64,000 nt of DNA from Psammoneis japonica (lineage: Eukaryota), in contig QPGO01000226.1 in the NCBI GenBank assembly GCA_008632985.1, positions 1 to 64,000 of the forward strand, given 5' to 3'. A model generated the notes under the pieces. That model ran no database searches. It had not been told where the DNA came from and saw only the letters and a list, made by a program, of their open reading frames with translations. Positions 12,801 to 25,600 of the stretch are shown in pieces (within the stretch, counting starts at the first letter, position 1; each line of letters begins with the position of its first letter). The translations under genes were made by a program, and so were the position numbers.

Positions 12801-14600
12801 GTGTTGCCCATCAAGTTGAAGAGAACATCTGACAAATCAAACCACTGTGCAAGTAAAGCAGGAGACTCAGTGTCAACCGTAAAGTCCACATTGAAATCTC
12901 CGAAGAGGATTGCCTTGTGAATTTGGTCCACGAGAAAATCCTGGAGCAACCAAGATAAATCCAAGCAGAATGCTTTCTGAGGATCAGTGTTTTGATGGCC
13001 TTGTTGGTGCAATGATGATGCCTGCTGGGCATGTGCAGCAGTCCTGCTGGGAGTCTTTTGGTTCTTTGAACAAAGATGGTGGCACGACACAAACATGACT
13101 TGCAATCTGTTTTGTCTGTCATAAACTTGGATGGACCAGCAACCCAGGGTCAGATCCCTGACTCAAACATCTGGCAGAGATTGAGTTTCCTGAGAAAAGA
13201 GCTGTGCCTCCTGGCTTGTGTTGAGTGGTGAAAGGAGCAGAGCTGCATGAGAATGTGCTGCGACCATGACTTGTTGAGTTTTGAATGGCTGACCGACAAG
13301 TTGACAGAATGTCACACTGAGTGGTGTCCAGGCACACTTCTGAAATTCCAACTGCATCAGCTTGAATCTTGTTGGCAATCTGGCAATGGCCCAGAATGTC
13401 TCTGCCTCTTTTATCAAATTTGCACCCATTTGCGCTGAAGGCATGCAGTCTCATGTGATGAGGAAGCTTTGGTTGGAGATCATCACCAATTGACTCGTTT
13501 GTTTGCAGGTGAGAGAAATCAATGCAACGTTCTGCAGAGGGGCTGCAGCTTCCACCATCTAAAAGTGACTGCCAGGCTTATGCAGAAGAGTCACAGCAAA
13601 CGTCACTGCTCATGAGTGGGTCATGCTCCTCCAAGAAGAAGACTGGGGCTCAGAGCAATGCACAGAGTTGAGTGCAGGGAGAGGGACGAATTGCAGGGAC
13701 GAGAAGGACAAATTGTCAGCACCAAGAGGTGTGGCAAAAGACATGGGCAAGAGCAAGGGAAGTGGTGCCACGTGGAAGAACATCCAGAGGATGCCTGATT
13801 GTTTGTGGGGGTGGAGGTGGCAAAGTCCAACCCCTTTTCAAAAATGATTCTCCTTGTCACAAAGATCTCTGGAGTGATCTGGCATTTCCATGTTGTTTGG
13901 GCATTTTCCAGCAGAGCTCTGTGCAGTTTGACTTGCCTGCAGCAGTTGGACAATTTGATTCATTTGTGCCTGCTTGCCTGCCAGTTGCTGGGTGGGCTGT
14001 GACTGCAAGGCTGCCATGTCTTGGGTGTGTTGTTTGGCAAACACAGAGCTCAATGCCTCCATGTCCTGGGAGTGATGTTGGCAGAGCTCTTCCAAAGCCT
14101 TGTCATTTTTCTCTTGCATCTTGGACACTTTTGCCATTTGTGTCAAGCAAGGGAGGAGCTTGAGGTGGACTGTGCAGCTTGAGCACAGGAATGTTGGGGT
14201 GTTTTTCACCACTGCATGTGGCAGAAATTGCAAAGTGACATTCATGCTGTGGAGACGACACCCAATTGGTCACGTTGACATTCGTGATTTGGTTGTTGTG
14301 GTTGTCAAGGATCTTAACATCCTTGTGGTGAGTGAAGAGAATCTGCTGCAGGACTTGCAAAAGAGTGGTGACAAGGGTCATGGGCTCACACAATGCCTCT
14401 GGGCCATGAACATCAAAACGGATGGTGATCTCTTCAAAATGATGCTCTTTTGGCTTGGAAGCAGGCTTGAGGGATGAGTCATCCACAGTGACATCGTCTG
14501 CCATGGTGGAATTGTTGGGAGGAGCAGGGGTGTGGCTGCCATCAGTGACGGAAGAAGATGCCACAGTGGATGGCTGTTCTGTGGAGGACCTGGCATTGAA
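9870..14600 (-). mobile_element. Decayed non-LTR retrotransposon (APE endonuclease + RT; resembles diatom Ambal-type LINEs)
   Basis: APE remnants at ~13450-12800 (SANG, KPGGT, ILFGDFN). RT remnants at ~11650-10550 (LGHWKA, VNVMVFKEAGNNKIH, IYKAD, GTGQGSGNSP, CIDDT, LELPKC). ORF1 remnant ~14560-13800. Boundaries approximate; TpA-depleted sequence continues to ~15900. Confidence 0.8.
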
Positions 14601-15947
14601 AACATGCAGGCAGGTTCAATGCAAATGTGCGCAGAATTGTGCAGCAAGAACACAACAGATGAGCAGCACTTTGAAAAGTGCTGGAAGCTTCAAGTTGATT
14701 GATGCCATTGCTGCATTGTTGGTGCTTGTTGCGGATGAGAGATCATGATAGGCTTGGACACTTGGGCACACATTTGGAGAGGCTCCCAATGCTGTGATTG
14801 GTGCCTGACTGGTGTGTTGTTGATGTGCGGACATTGTTCCACCAATTCTGGCATGCCCTCCTCATCATTGTTGTCATTGCTGCACTTGTCAATGTCATGC
14901 TGGTTGTTGCAACACTTGTTGCTGTCACACTCAGCTTTTTCCACCTCCATTTGCTCAGTTGAGAGAAAAATTTTTTTGACTGAAGAACAGGGGCGCACAT
15001 TGCAATGGAGAAGTGTCTTGCTCCACGAGTGCCTCTTGTCTGGGTTATAAGTTAACATGTGGAGTGTCTCCACCCAAACATCTCCTTTTTCACCAATGCC
15101 TCTGCAGCAACACATGCCAAGCTCAAATTGTGTCTCCCTGCAGCTGGGATTGCCACAGCTGCAGAAGCAATTGTCCATCATTTTTGATTTGGCTTGTTGG
15201 ATGAAATGTTGGTGACGGTGTCAGCTTCTTGCTTCTGTTTGTCCAGTGGCACAGTTTTTCCATCCCAGCCCCCCATTGTAACCAAATGCCCACCTTGATC
15301 AACCAACAGCATGCAGATGCGAAGTTCAGCACACTTTTGGGAGCCTGGAATGGGGCGAATGTTGGCCACTTGGCCAATCACTGAATGAATGTTGACTCTC
15401 GCACTTGCCCGTGTGACAAAGTTGCTCCATGAAAAGTCAGCTCCATTTTGAAATGCCAGATGCCATGAACAATGCACCTGTGCATTCTTGCAAGACATTG
15501 GTTCAAAGAGCACACACCTTGTGTGTTTTGTGGCTCCAGCTGGAACATCCCAGAAATGACCTCAAACAGCCATTTTGTCATTTAAAAAGGAGTCATTCTG
15601 TGAAAATGCTTTGAACAAAAAGTCATTTTTAATGGATCACAAAGCACTTGATTGGTCATGGAAACAAGCATTGGGCATGGCGAATTTGTCCAACTGACGA
15701 CTTCAGTTGAAGTTTAAGAACAACCAATTGGAGAAATGGAACATCTTGTTCTTAGTGCCAGTCAGAAATTGACACCATGTGAGGTGTCAAAATTATTTCC
15801 AACACCATGTGTGGTGTCAAAATTTTTGTTTTAATGACATCATCTGCAAAAGTGCCTCATGAGCCCCAAATGACCATGTGGACGAATTCTGCACACTTGA
15901 AAACATGCATTTTCACACTTTGTTTGTGTTCCAGTCAAACAAATCTC

Positions 15948-18900
15948 GAGAATGATCATCACCACGTGTGTCTGCCCCTGACCGGGGACAGACCACTCCA
16001 TCCAAATTTGTTGGGTCCCCGCAAAATGGCAACGACAATGCCGATTCGTCTAAAACAAGTGACATCCTCTCACAAAGAGGCAAACCACAAAACCCAAATT
16101 AGACTGCCAGCCGAGCTGGCTTGGGAGGCCGGAGCACGTGGACGCAAGTCACAAGTGCCCGGCCCTGGTGTCAGGACCCCACCAAAAGATGCAAGAACAC
16201 AGTTTCCAATGCTGCTCTCCCATGACCATTTTCGTAAGTAGATCTGCCAAGTTCATTTCTGCACCCTCCTTTCCAACACAAATGACACCCGCTGCAACTG
16301 CCTCTCACACCACATGACAGTTGATGGCATTGTGCTTCTTGTGCAAAACCGATTCAGGAACACTCACATTCTTCACAACACCACGATTGTCACAAAAGAC
16401 ACTTGCTGGTCCTTTGAGTGGTGCTCCAAACATCCGCAACTTGTGTTGTAGAGCAACAATCAATTCCTTGCAAATCCGCATTGCGACCGACTCACTCCCA
16501 AACGTCGCTGACTCGACTGTGTTCTGCTGCTTGCTGAACCACATGATTGGTGCATTGTTGACAAATGTCAAGATTCCACTGTGAGACCTGTGAGTTACAA
16601 CATTGCCTGCATGGTCAGCATCAACAAAGGCACAGATGCTTGCCAGGTTGCCACAAGGCTTTGGTGCTTGCGGTGGCAGTTCCTCTTCAACGTCCCCATA
16701 AAACTCAGTCCAATCAGCACTCAAATTGAAAATGGACTCATCAATCACTGGCTCCTTTGGATCGAACCCAATGCGTCCGACATTCTGATGCTTCTTCACA
16801 TGCGCAAACACATGATGCAATGCTTCAAGGTGCCCCTTCCTTGGATTGGCTTGATGCTGGGACAGAATTGAGACTTCATGCAAGATGTCAATGTGGCCCA
16901 ACTCGATTGCCCAGTGGCAAATTCCCATCAACTGCAAGTGCCTGTCCATTAAATCCAGGCCCACCTTGTCAGTTACATCCAGCTCTGGTTTGCACCTCGG
17001 GGGCAAAGGATCCTTCACGCCATTCTTCAAAACTTCTCCATTCCCGTCCTCATCCAAGAGACCTTCTACGGTCTTGATCGCCATCTTGACGTGTGCTCTT
17101 GGGGAGCTCGCCCAAATTGTGCAACCATCCTTGGTTTGGACCTTTTCAACATTAGCTCCAAGGTGGACCTCTGGTTCTCCTTCACTGCCAGGCTTCACGG
17201 TAAAGTGCTCACCTGTGGCAGCAACAACAGACTTTCCCTGATGGGAGATGATTGGAATGTCGTTGACACAAACCAAAAGCATCTCACAATGCTTGTGCCC
17301 ATCCTCTTGGGTTGCTGCACACAGATGAACGCCAGGGTCCACTCTCATTGATTCAAAGCCCAAGTTGTGTAAGACCGATGCCAGTGCGGACCTCCAAGAG
17401 CATCCCGAGCTCTTCAGACCGCACAATGCCTGAGTGACATCAAGCACCTTTCCTTGGCATTTGCCACACTCCTTGCCACCTTCAAACCATGTCTTCTCTG
17501 CACACGGTGCATTCAAGTGCGCATTCTCCAGATCCATTGCCATGATGTCGACTCCATTCAAAGCTGCCAGCAGAAACCCCAGACGTGAGCTGTCTCTAGA
17601 AACGATGCTTGAGCATGTGATCAATGACAGAGCCTCTGTTGTGTGACCTCCTGCCACGAATCTTGCCTTCCTGGTAAAGTCCATCTTGACATCAAATGCC
17701 AGGTGGCACCTGATCTCCTGATGGCCACGCAGAGTTGCACTCTTTCCTTCCCGCACTGCCTGTGGGGTCTCAGCCTCATGCTCGCGCCATGCCACCTTTG
17801 CCATTTCCATCTCCCATGACAAACTGCCATCTTTCCAGCTGACCAGCAGCTTCCAACCCTTGGCAGCAATCCTCTTCTTCTCCTTCCCGTCAGTGGCATG
17901 CATGATTCCATCAGAGATTGGTGCAGCATTGCCCGTCTTGTTGTGATTCTGCATCTCATGCAAGACAGAGCATTGGTTGCCTTCACTGTTGACCTGAGCA
18001 AACACATTCTCAGCAACCACATTGGCCGCACACTTGTCTGTGGTGCCGTCAGTGCACTCCACTTCACACTCAAGAGTGTCAAACAATGGGTTTTGGTGTT
18101 GAGTTCCAATTGGACGCCCATCCTGTCCTCTTGCTCGTTTTGTCATGACACCTTGCCTCTCACCGTCGGTTCCAACATCAAACACAAGTTCCACACCCAA
18201 GCATTGATCTGTCGCTTGTTCGTCATCATCCTCTGGCCATTCATCTGACAACAACATGTCCCCGGCAAGCCCATGACAACTTCTATTGGGTTCCATGCAT
18301 CGCCGGTCAAGAGCATAACTGGTGAGTTCTGCTCCTCCCATTCTGTTGGAGAACACGAGATTTGAAAGATGCAATTGTCCCCTTTGCAGTGAAAGGGATG
18401 AAAGCCTCATCAGCTTCAATGCCAAAACCGTTTCGAGCATTGTAAGGGTTGTCATGTGCAGGCATGTTGTGCGCCCGCAACTGATTAAGGTTCAAGAGTG
18501 AATGTTCCATGCCCGTTCCAAACCAAAGCATCTGATTGCCAACCAGCAGATGTTCGCGAGTCGTTTCTGGATCCGTCCATGCAGTGCAACAATGTGCCAT
18601 GGGAACCTGTTTAATTGGCTCACAAGAGTCTAAAAATGGGTGAACTTCACACACTTTGTTTGTTGGCTCCATGAGTTTCCAATTTGCTCTGGCAAACACG
18701 CATCCACGTGAGCATCACATTCATTCTGAGCAACAAAATTGGGTGTCATCAAATTTGTCATTGGGGTGGAGCTTGTCAATCGAATCACATGTTTTGATGT
18801 CACAGCAATGCACCTCGTTGTTGCCGTTTCATTCAATTGATAAGATGGGTGGGGTTTGGGTGGCAGGAACAAGAACAATGCAGCCAAAACATACAAGCAC

Positions 18901-21079
18901 ACCACATGCGCCAAGATTCCAGTTGCTCCAACCACCCCCAGCAGGCAAGTGGAACTGTGACAAGCTCCACGACTGAAAGCACGACCGTTGCGTCTGCCAC
19001 AATCACGGTCAGCACCACAACCATTGCCGCTCACTTCATTCTGCACTTGTCTGTTCTGTGCACCTTGGCCCTCTTGGTGGATCTGGGCTTCGGCTGCATG
19101 CCTGCTGCCCCTGTCACATCTGCACCATCCTGCTGAAGAACCACGACCACCACCGCATCCTCCTTGTCCCACACATTCGCAAGCTTGGAAAACACAGTCA
19201 ACCCCTCCATTGAAATGGAGTTTGTCCCATTCCTGGGGGGAAAAACTTCTTGTGGGATCAGACACATTGACCCCGTTAATCTTGGTGGTGTGGTTGCCGC
19301 CTCCACCTTGGCCTTGACGTCTGCCGCATCCTCTGCATCCTCCGCCATGACCAAATCTACCTCCGTGACCACGGCCCCTTTGGAAACCTTGACCGCTGCC
19401 ACCACCATGGCTCAATTTGGAAATTTTTCATTTCGTGCAACGTCGGGCTTCTAACTGAGCATCTGTGTGCAAACAAGAGACTTTGGATGAGAAGAAAGCA
19501 CATGCCCCCGCGAAGTCTTGAGGGTGCTGACTGCTGACAACAGTCGTTGCTGCAATGAGACGAGGGTCATTGGACCGGATTCCTTTCAAAAGGATCTCCA
19601 CCTTCTGCTGTTCTGACTTGCGATCATCCGGGGTTTGTGCAAAGTGGCAAATGTGCTGGCAAGCTTTTCATTGAACTTTTCAAATGGGAGTGACCCTTCC
19701 TTCTTGTAAAACAGCGATTCAACAGTGGCCGTCACCAAGTGGATGCACTTGCCAAGCTTGCCCTGTCCATTGCAATGGTTGACCCATGCATTGAATGCTC
19801 CATGCCCATTCTCTGTTTCATTGAATGGTTCAATTCAAGCCCATCCAGCAGTGTCAATCAAGCATTCTTTCAACATGCGAAACATGCTGCGATTGTCCTC
19901 ATCAAATGCACTGCCATTCAATGGCAACTGATGCATGCACTCCTGTTGAGCATCCGCAAACTCAGCTGGCACTGGCATGGTCCTCACCACATGTCAAAGT
20001 GGCTCTTTCAATGTGCCAAACTTCTGTGCCAAAAGATTCAAGAAGCATCTTCACAGACATCAAAGTCCTTGGACTTAAATTTGACAAGACTGTTTGCCAA
20101 TGCATCCGATTCTGTGCGTTCCTTTTTGACACATTGACCGTTTTGAGCCGCAGCCATGGCTGCTGCGTTAAAGTCCACCGCAATGAGTGCTTGGTTCCTT
20201 TTCATGCAATCCTGGCACCACCACACTGGTGACTGTAAGTTCTTGATTTGAACAGTGCCAAGAATCACATGGCCGTCTTCCACAGTGCGACGAGCCGCCC
20301 TTTGCACCAAGTCTTCAACATCATGGTCGTTCTCCATGACAGCAATGTTTTCCAGGGTCGTAAACCCTTCATAGAAAACCAACCTTGCCCTTGCATTCTG
20401 GTCAACAACACCACAAACCTGTGATGCTGTGTCTGCATCAGCTGTCGTGGCTAGAGCCACAAGTGCCGCTGCTGGTGCTGCTGCCGCTGCCATCCCACAA
20501 TGAAGAAAATGTGAATGTCCCATGTGGGGGAGCACGCAGCTGTGAGTCTGCATGGTCATGGAGGCTGCACTTTTCTGGTGTTGTGACAACGGGTTCACAC
20601 AGCCACCCAACATCAGGATGATCAGTCCTGTGTCATTTGATTCGTTGAGCACGCGCTCAGGCGTGTCACCCAATGCCGCAGTCCCTTCACACCCATTGCA
20701 AATGTGAAGACAGTGACTGTCTTTGTGAGCATTTTCCATTGCAAGCTGTTCTGTGGATTACACAGGTGACACAAGATGCATCTTTGTGTGCATCAATCTG
20801 AATTCCAATGCAACGCGTGCAGTCAAACAATGAACAATCGTTCATGACGAATTGTTCTCACAACCGTTTTTGATCAGCATTTCACTGATGGCTCTGACAA
20901 AGTGAATAAATCTCAATGCAATGCAAGGACAAGTGCAATGCCTTGAGCCTGAGAGAAAGTAAAGATGCCATCAACGTGAACCCAAACCTGATTGGATTGT
21001 GGGAGAGAACAATCATCACCAGGCATGTCTGCCCCTGACCGGGGACAGACCACTCCATCCAAACTCATTTGCAGCAACA
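15948..21079 (-). mobile_element. Decayed, internally deleted Ty1/Copia LTR retrotransposon (CoDi-like)
   Basis: RT/RNase H in ORF 16305..18455 (DVKMDFTRKARFVAGGH, ALCGLKSSG, FVDADHAG, VESATFGSE, CDNRGVV). Protease remnant ~18720-18350; gag with Gly/Arg-rich tail ~20400-19000. ~60-bp direct repeat at ~15948-16006 and ~21005-21063. PBS-like CTTTGTCAGAGC (minus strand) at 20891-20902. Confidence 0.9.
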
Positions 21080-21099
21080 TCTGGTTGTGCCACAGTGGC

Positions 21100-22320
21100 A
21101 TTTGAAAGTGTGTGTTTTTGCTCAAAATTCCCGTGCAAACTGCCTCCACCATGGCATCTCATCCAGCATCCCCCCATTGCCAGAATGTTCCCTCCAATGA
21201 CCCACATCACCTGTGAACGTGCACAGAGACGAGACGGACATTGGCAAGAGTGACAAGCTGCAGAGCTCCCTGCAAACCAGCAACAGTGGATGACACGTGT
21301 GCCAGCAAGAAAGAGTGTCAGAAGCAGTTTTCAGAGAGATCCGCTCATCTGTCTGGGTCTGACCATCATCCATGCACTCGGCATGCTGACACAGAGAGAT
21401 CTGCTCATCTGCCTGGGTCTGACCATCATCCATGCACTCAGCATGCTGACACCATCCCCTGATCTGCAATGTCTTGCAAGACAATGCAGGTCACAAAGAA
21501 AGAAGAAATGCAAAAGCACACCACACCCAACATGAAAACAACCTTGCCAATGGAAAGGTGCTGTGGCAAAACGGGTGATGCAAGAAATGGCCAAGCTTGC
21601 AATGCACAAAGAATTCACAAGCAAAGGACAACAATGTCTTCACAAAGTCTCTGATGGCAGAGCAGGGCATGTGCACTGATCCATTGAAGCCTTTGACAAA
21701 AAAGTCAATGGCAGTTTCCAACAAATCTTGCAGGTCAATCGAGTGTTGAGCCAAAGAACAGCTCCGTCAATCAACAAGCAACAAAAAAAGAGCAAGGGAT
21801 GCTCTGGCAAGTCACAATGTTGCTGAGTCTCATCTGGCAAAATGGGGCTGGATAGAAATTCACCATGGCATGTAATGCATCAAAAAGGAAGTGACAGCAG
21901 CCCATCAGACAAAAGAGCACTTCTGCCACATTTTGTTTTGAGTCTCCATGTGCCGCTCTGCAGCATGATGGAATCTAAAATCGTTTCACAGAGCTTCTTG
22001 CACCTCTGGCTGAAGGGAGATGAACAATGTTGGGTGGACTGAGTTGAGGATTTTCTTCTGGCTGATGCTGCTGGATTGTCTCAACTGCTGCTGCCTCTGC
22101 TGCGGAAATGACGACGATCGCCGCTTCCCCAGTGCTTCGAGGCCAAACTCATCTGCCACGATGATCACACTGGGAAAAAAGACCAAATCACCACCAGAAG
22201 CAAGTGTTGCAGTGGAGACTGCTGAGGCAGATGCAGCAGCAAAACAAAAACAGCAACTGCGACAATGACACAATGACAACAGCAGACTCAGGCACCGCCA
22301 TGTTCTACACACATGCATGC
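21100..22320. mobile_element. Unclassified decayed repeat
   Basis: Same TpA/CpG-depleted, TG/CA-rich composition as the adjacent TEs; no domain recognised. Confidence 0.4.
21332..21451. repeat. 60-bp tandem duplication, 2 copies
   Basis: Units start at 21332 and 21392; three differences, two of them CpG to TpG/CpA. Confidence 0.9.
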
Positions 22321-22633
22321 AGAAAACATTTCATTTCCCTCCACGTTGAACTTTGCGAGCGAAGACGATCGCACGATGGACAGAAATTTCGCGCTCATGA
22401 CCTGTTTCGTAGAATCCTATCCAATTTTCACATGCGTGATTTTTCTACCAGAGTTCTACAGACAATTTTTGGCGCGAAACTAAATAAACAGCTTCAGTGA
22501 CGAAGAATAACATAACAACTACAAAGATGAGAGGCGCACCCAGCACACACAAACAACGCGTTGCATCTCTCACTTGACGACTCTGTTGCAATCGCTTCTC
22601 TCTTGACAACAACAACAATAAAACCAAAACGCC

Positions 22634-25600
22634 ATGAGTCGCCGTGTCTTTGGACAAGCCATGAAGGGCGGTCCATCCAAGTACCAGCGTCAAATGGGAC
22701 ACGGACATTCCAAACGAGAGGCAGAAAAGAACGAGCAAGAACTGGAAGCTCAACGCCGTGCCGAGTATCGTCGTAAACGCTATGCTCAAGGTGAAGCCAT
22801 TGACGTCAAGTTTGGGTATGAACGATACAATCACACTACTTCCACGGAACCGAGTCGTCGTGGATGGCTATTCAACATGTTGCCGACGGTAAGTCAATAA
22901 CACTATGCATATATGAATTATGGGAATCAAAATAGAGCTCATACTGTATGTTTCTTATACGCTTGTTATTTATCCACAGACAATTGCGTCGGGTGCTTCT
23001 GGTGGCAGTGGAGGAGATGATGGCTCTCCGGCTGGTCCAGAACGTGCCGGATTGGACTTGTATTTTCGTACCGAGTCGGGCTCAACCTTTAAAAGCTCCG
23101 TGCTGTACGATCCGTACTTTTATGTCATTCCCGCTGTTACCGGAGACGATTATGCGGTACAATTTGAAGCGCTCATTTCGATTCTCTTGAGAAAATATGA
23201 AGCTTACGGTCTCTCCAAGGTGGACGTGGTTCCCATGTTGGATCTAGATCAGCCCAACCATTTGGATCCAAGATTGCGTCACGGACGGCCCATGCTCAAG
23301 CTGGTCTTTAGCAATGTCCAGCAACTCATGGAAGTCCGCAAGCCTCTCAAGGAATTGATTCAAAACAATCAGAAACTTCAACAAGAACGAGCCATGCGTT
23401 TTGATGCAATCGAAGCTGTATCCCAAAACATCTTGGACACCTTGGTGGACATTCGAGAGTACGACGTGCCCTATTTGGTGCGCGTTTGTACCGACTTGAA
23501 CATTCGCGCCGGGGCGTGGTACACGGTGACGCCCAATCCACACGACACGGGCGTCACCCTGAGTGATCAAGATGTCGAAACCAAGGCCAATCCATCCTTT
23601 TTGGCTTTTGACATTGAGTGTACCAAGGCGCCGCTCAAGTTTCCCGATGCGGCCGTCGATTCCATCTTTATGATATCCTACATGGTCAATGGACGAGGCT
23701 ATCTGGTTTTGTCTCGCAGTGTCGTGTCACAGGATGTGACTGACTTTGAGTACACGCCCAAACCGTCCTATCCCGGGCCCTTTACCATTTTCAACGAAGA
23801 GTCGGAAGAAGCGCTCTTGAAACGATTCTTTGCCGAATACCAAAAGCACAGTCCGCAAATTGTCGTGACGTATAACGGAGACTTTTTCGATTGGCCCTTT
23901 GTGGAAAAGCGCGCTGCCTTGTATGGACTGGATATCTACAGTGAAATGGGAGTGGAGCGTATTGGAGATGGCGAATACCGGGGGAGATGCAGTGTTCACT
24001 TGGATGCGTTTCATTGGGTGCAACGGGATTCCTACCTGCCACAGGGCGCACAAGGTCTCAAGGCGGTGACAAAGTACAAGCTTGGATATGATCCAGTCGA
24101 GGTGGACCCGGAAGATATGGTGCGATTTGCGCAAGAACGACCGGTCCACATGGCGACCTATTCTGTGTCGGACGCTGTGGCGACCTTTTATCTCTACGAA
24201 AAGTATGTTCACATGTTTATCTTTTCCCTTTGCACCATTATTCCCATGGGACCCGAAGATGTCTTGCGTAAGGGAGTGGCACTCTGTGTGAAACATTACT
24301 CATGGTTCAAGCGGCAAACAAGAATATCATTTGTCCCAATAAGCAAGTTGACGCCTTGGCCAAGTTTCACAATGGGCATTTACTGGAAGGTGAAACGTAT
24401 ATCGGTGGCAAGGTGGAGTGTCTCGAGACGGGTGTCTACCGTTCGGACGTGGAGTACAAGTTTGATTTGAAACCGAGCGCGTTTCAGGGTTTGATTGACA
24501 ATGTTGATCGGGATCTTACCTTTGCTATTGAAGTGGAGGGTGGAATGGATCGGACCGAGATTTGCAACTATGATGAGGTAAGCTCATGTTGATTATTGTT
24601 TTCTAGGTTTTAGCATTGCACTCACGTTATTCTCTTTTCTTTTTCTTTCAGATTCGTTGTCAGATTGTCGAGCAGCTCGAGATGCTTCGCGACCGACCCA
24701 ATCGGGTGGAGAAGCCATATGTTTACCATTTGGACGTTGGTGCCATGTACCCAAACATTATTCTAACCAACCGCCTACAACCGGGAGCCATTGTGGACGA
24801 CGCTACCTGTGCCTCGTGTACCTTTAATCAATCCAAGAATGACTGCAAACGCAAGATGGACTGGGTATGGCGTGGTGACTACAGCCCTGCCACCAAGAAT
24901 GAGTACGACCGTACCAAAGACCAGCTCTCTCGCGAGACCCTTTCCGATGGCAGACATTTTCATGAGCTGGACGACAAGGAGAAGGCCGGGTTGGTTGCCA
25001 GCCGTCTCAAGACCTACGCACGGAATGCTTATAAGAAAACCAAGGTGACAGAGGAAGTGACCCGCACCGACACGGTCTGCATGCGAGACAATGACTTTTA
25101 TGTGGATACGGTGCGGCAGTTTCGTGATCGTCGTTACGAGTACAAGAAAATGACCAAGACTTGGAAAAAGCAAGTTGGCAAGGCGACGGACCCATCGTCG
25201 AAAAAGGAGGCCGAGGACAAGGCTTTGGTGTACGACTCGCTTCAAGTCGCCCACAAGTGTATCCTCAACAGTTTCTACGGATATGTCATGAGGAAGGGAG
25301 CGCGCTGGCGTTCCATGGAGATGGCTGGCATTGTCACGAAGTTTGGCGCTGACTTGATTACGCAAGCTCGAGTGTTGGTGGAACAGATTGGTAGGCCGTT
25401 GGAGCTCGACACTGATGGTATTTGGTGCATCCTACCAAAGAGCTTTCCAGACGTGTACAATTTCAAGACGGTGGACGGGTCCACCTTCAAACTGGAGTAT
25501 CCGTGTGTCATGCTGAATGCTGACGTGCACGACAACTTTACAAACCATCAGTATCAAACCCTCAAGGATCCGGAGCGCGGTATTTACGAGAGCAGAAGCG

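Noticed and set aside
16305..18455. Alternative genetic code or RNA editing restoring Tyr
   Set aside because: Host genes use Tyr normally, replacements are a mix of His and Cys, and the elements also carry stops and deletions.
9870..22320. Classical fungal RIP or simple CpG decay as the full explanation
   Set aside because: RIP raises TpA, and CpG decay cannot turn Tyr codons into His or Cys.
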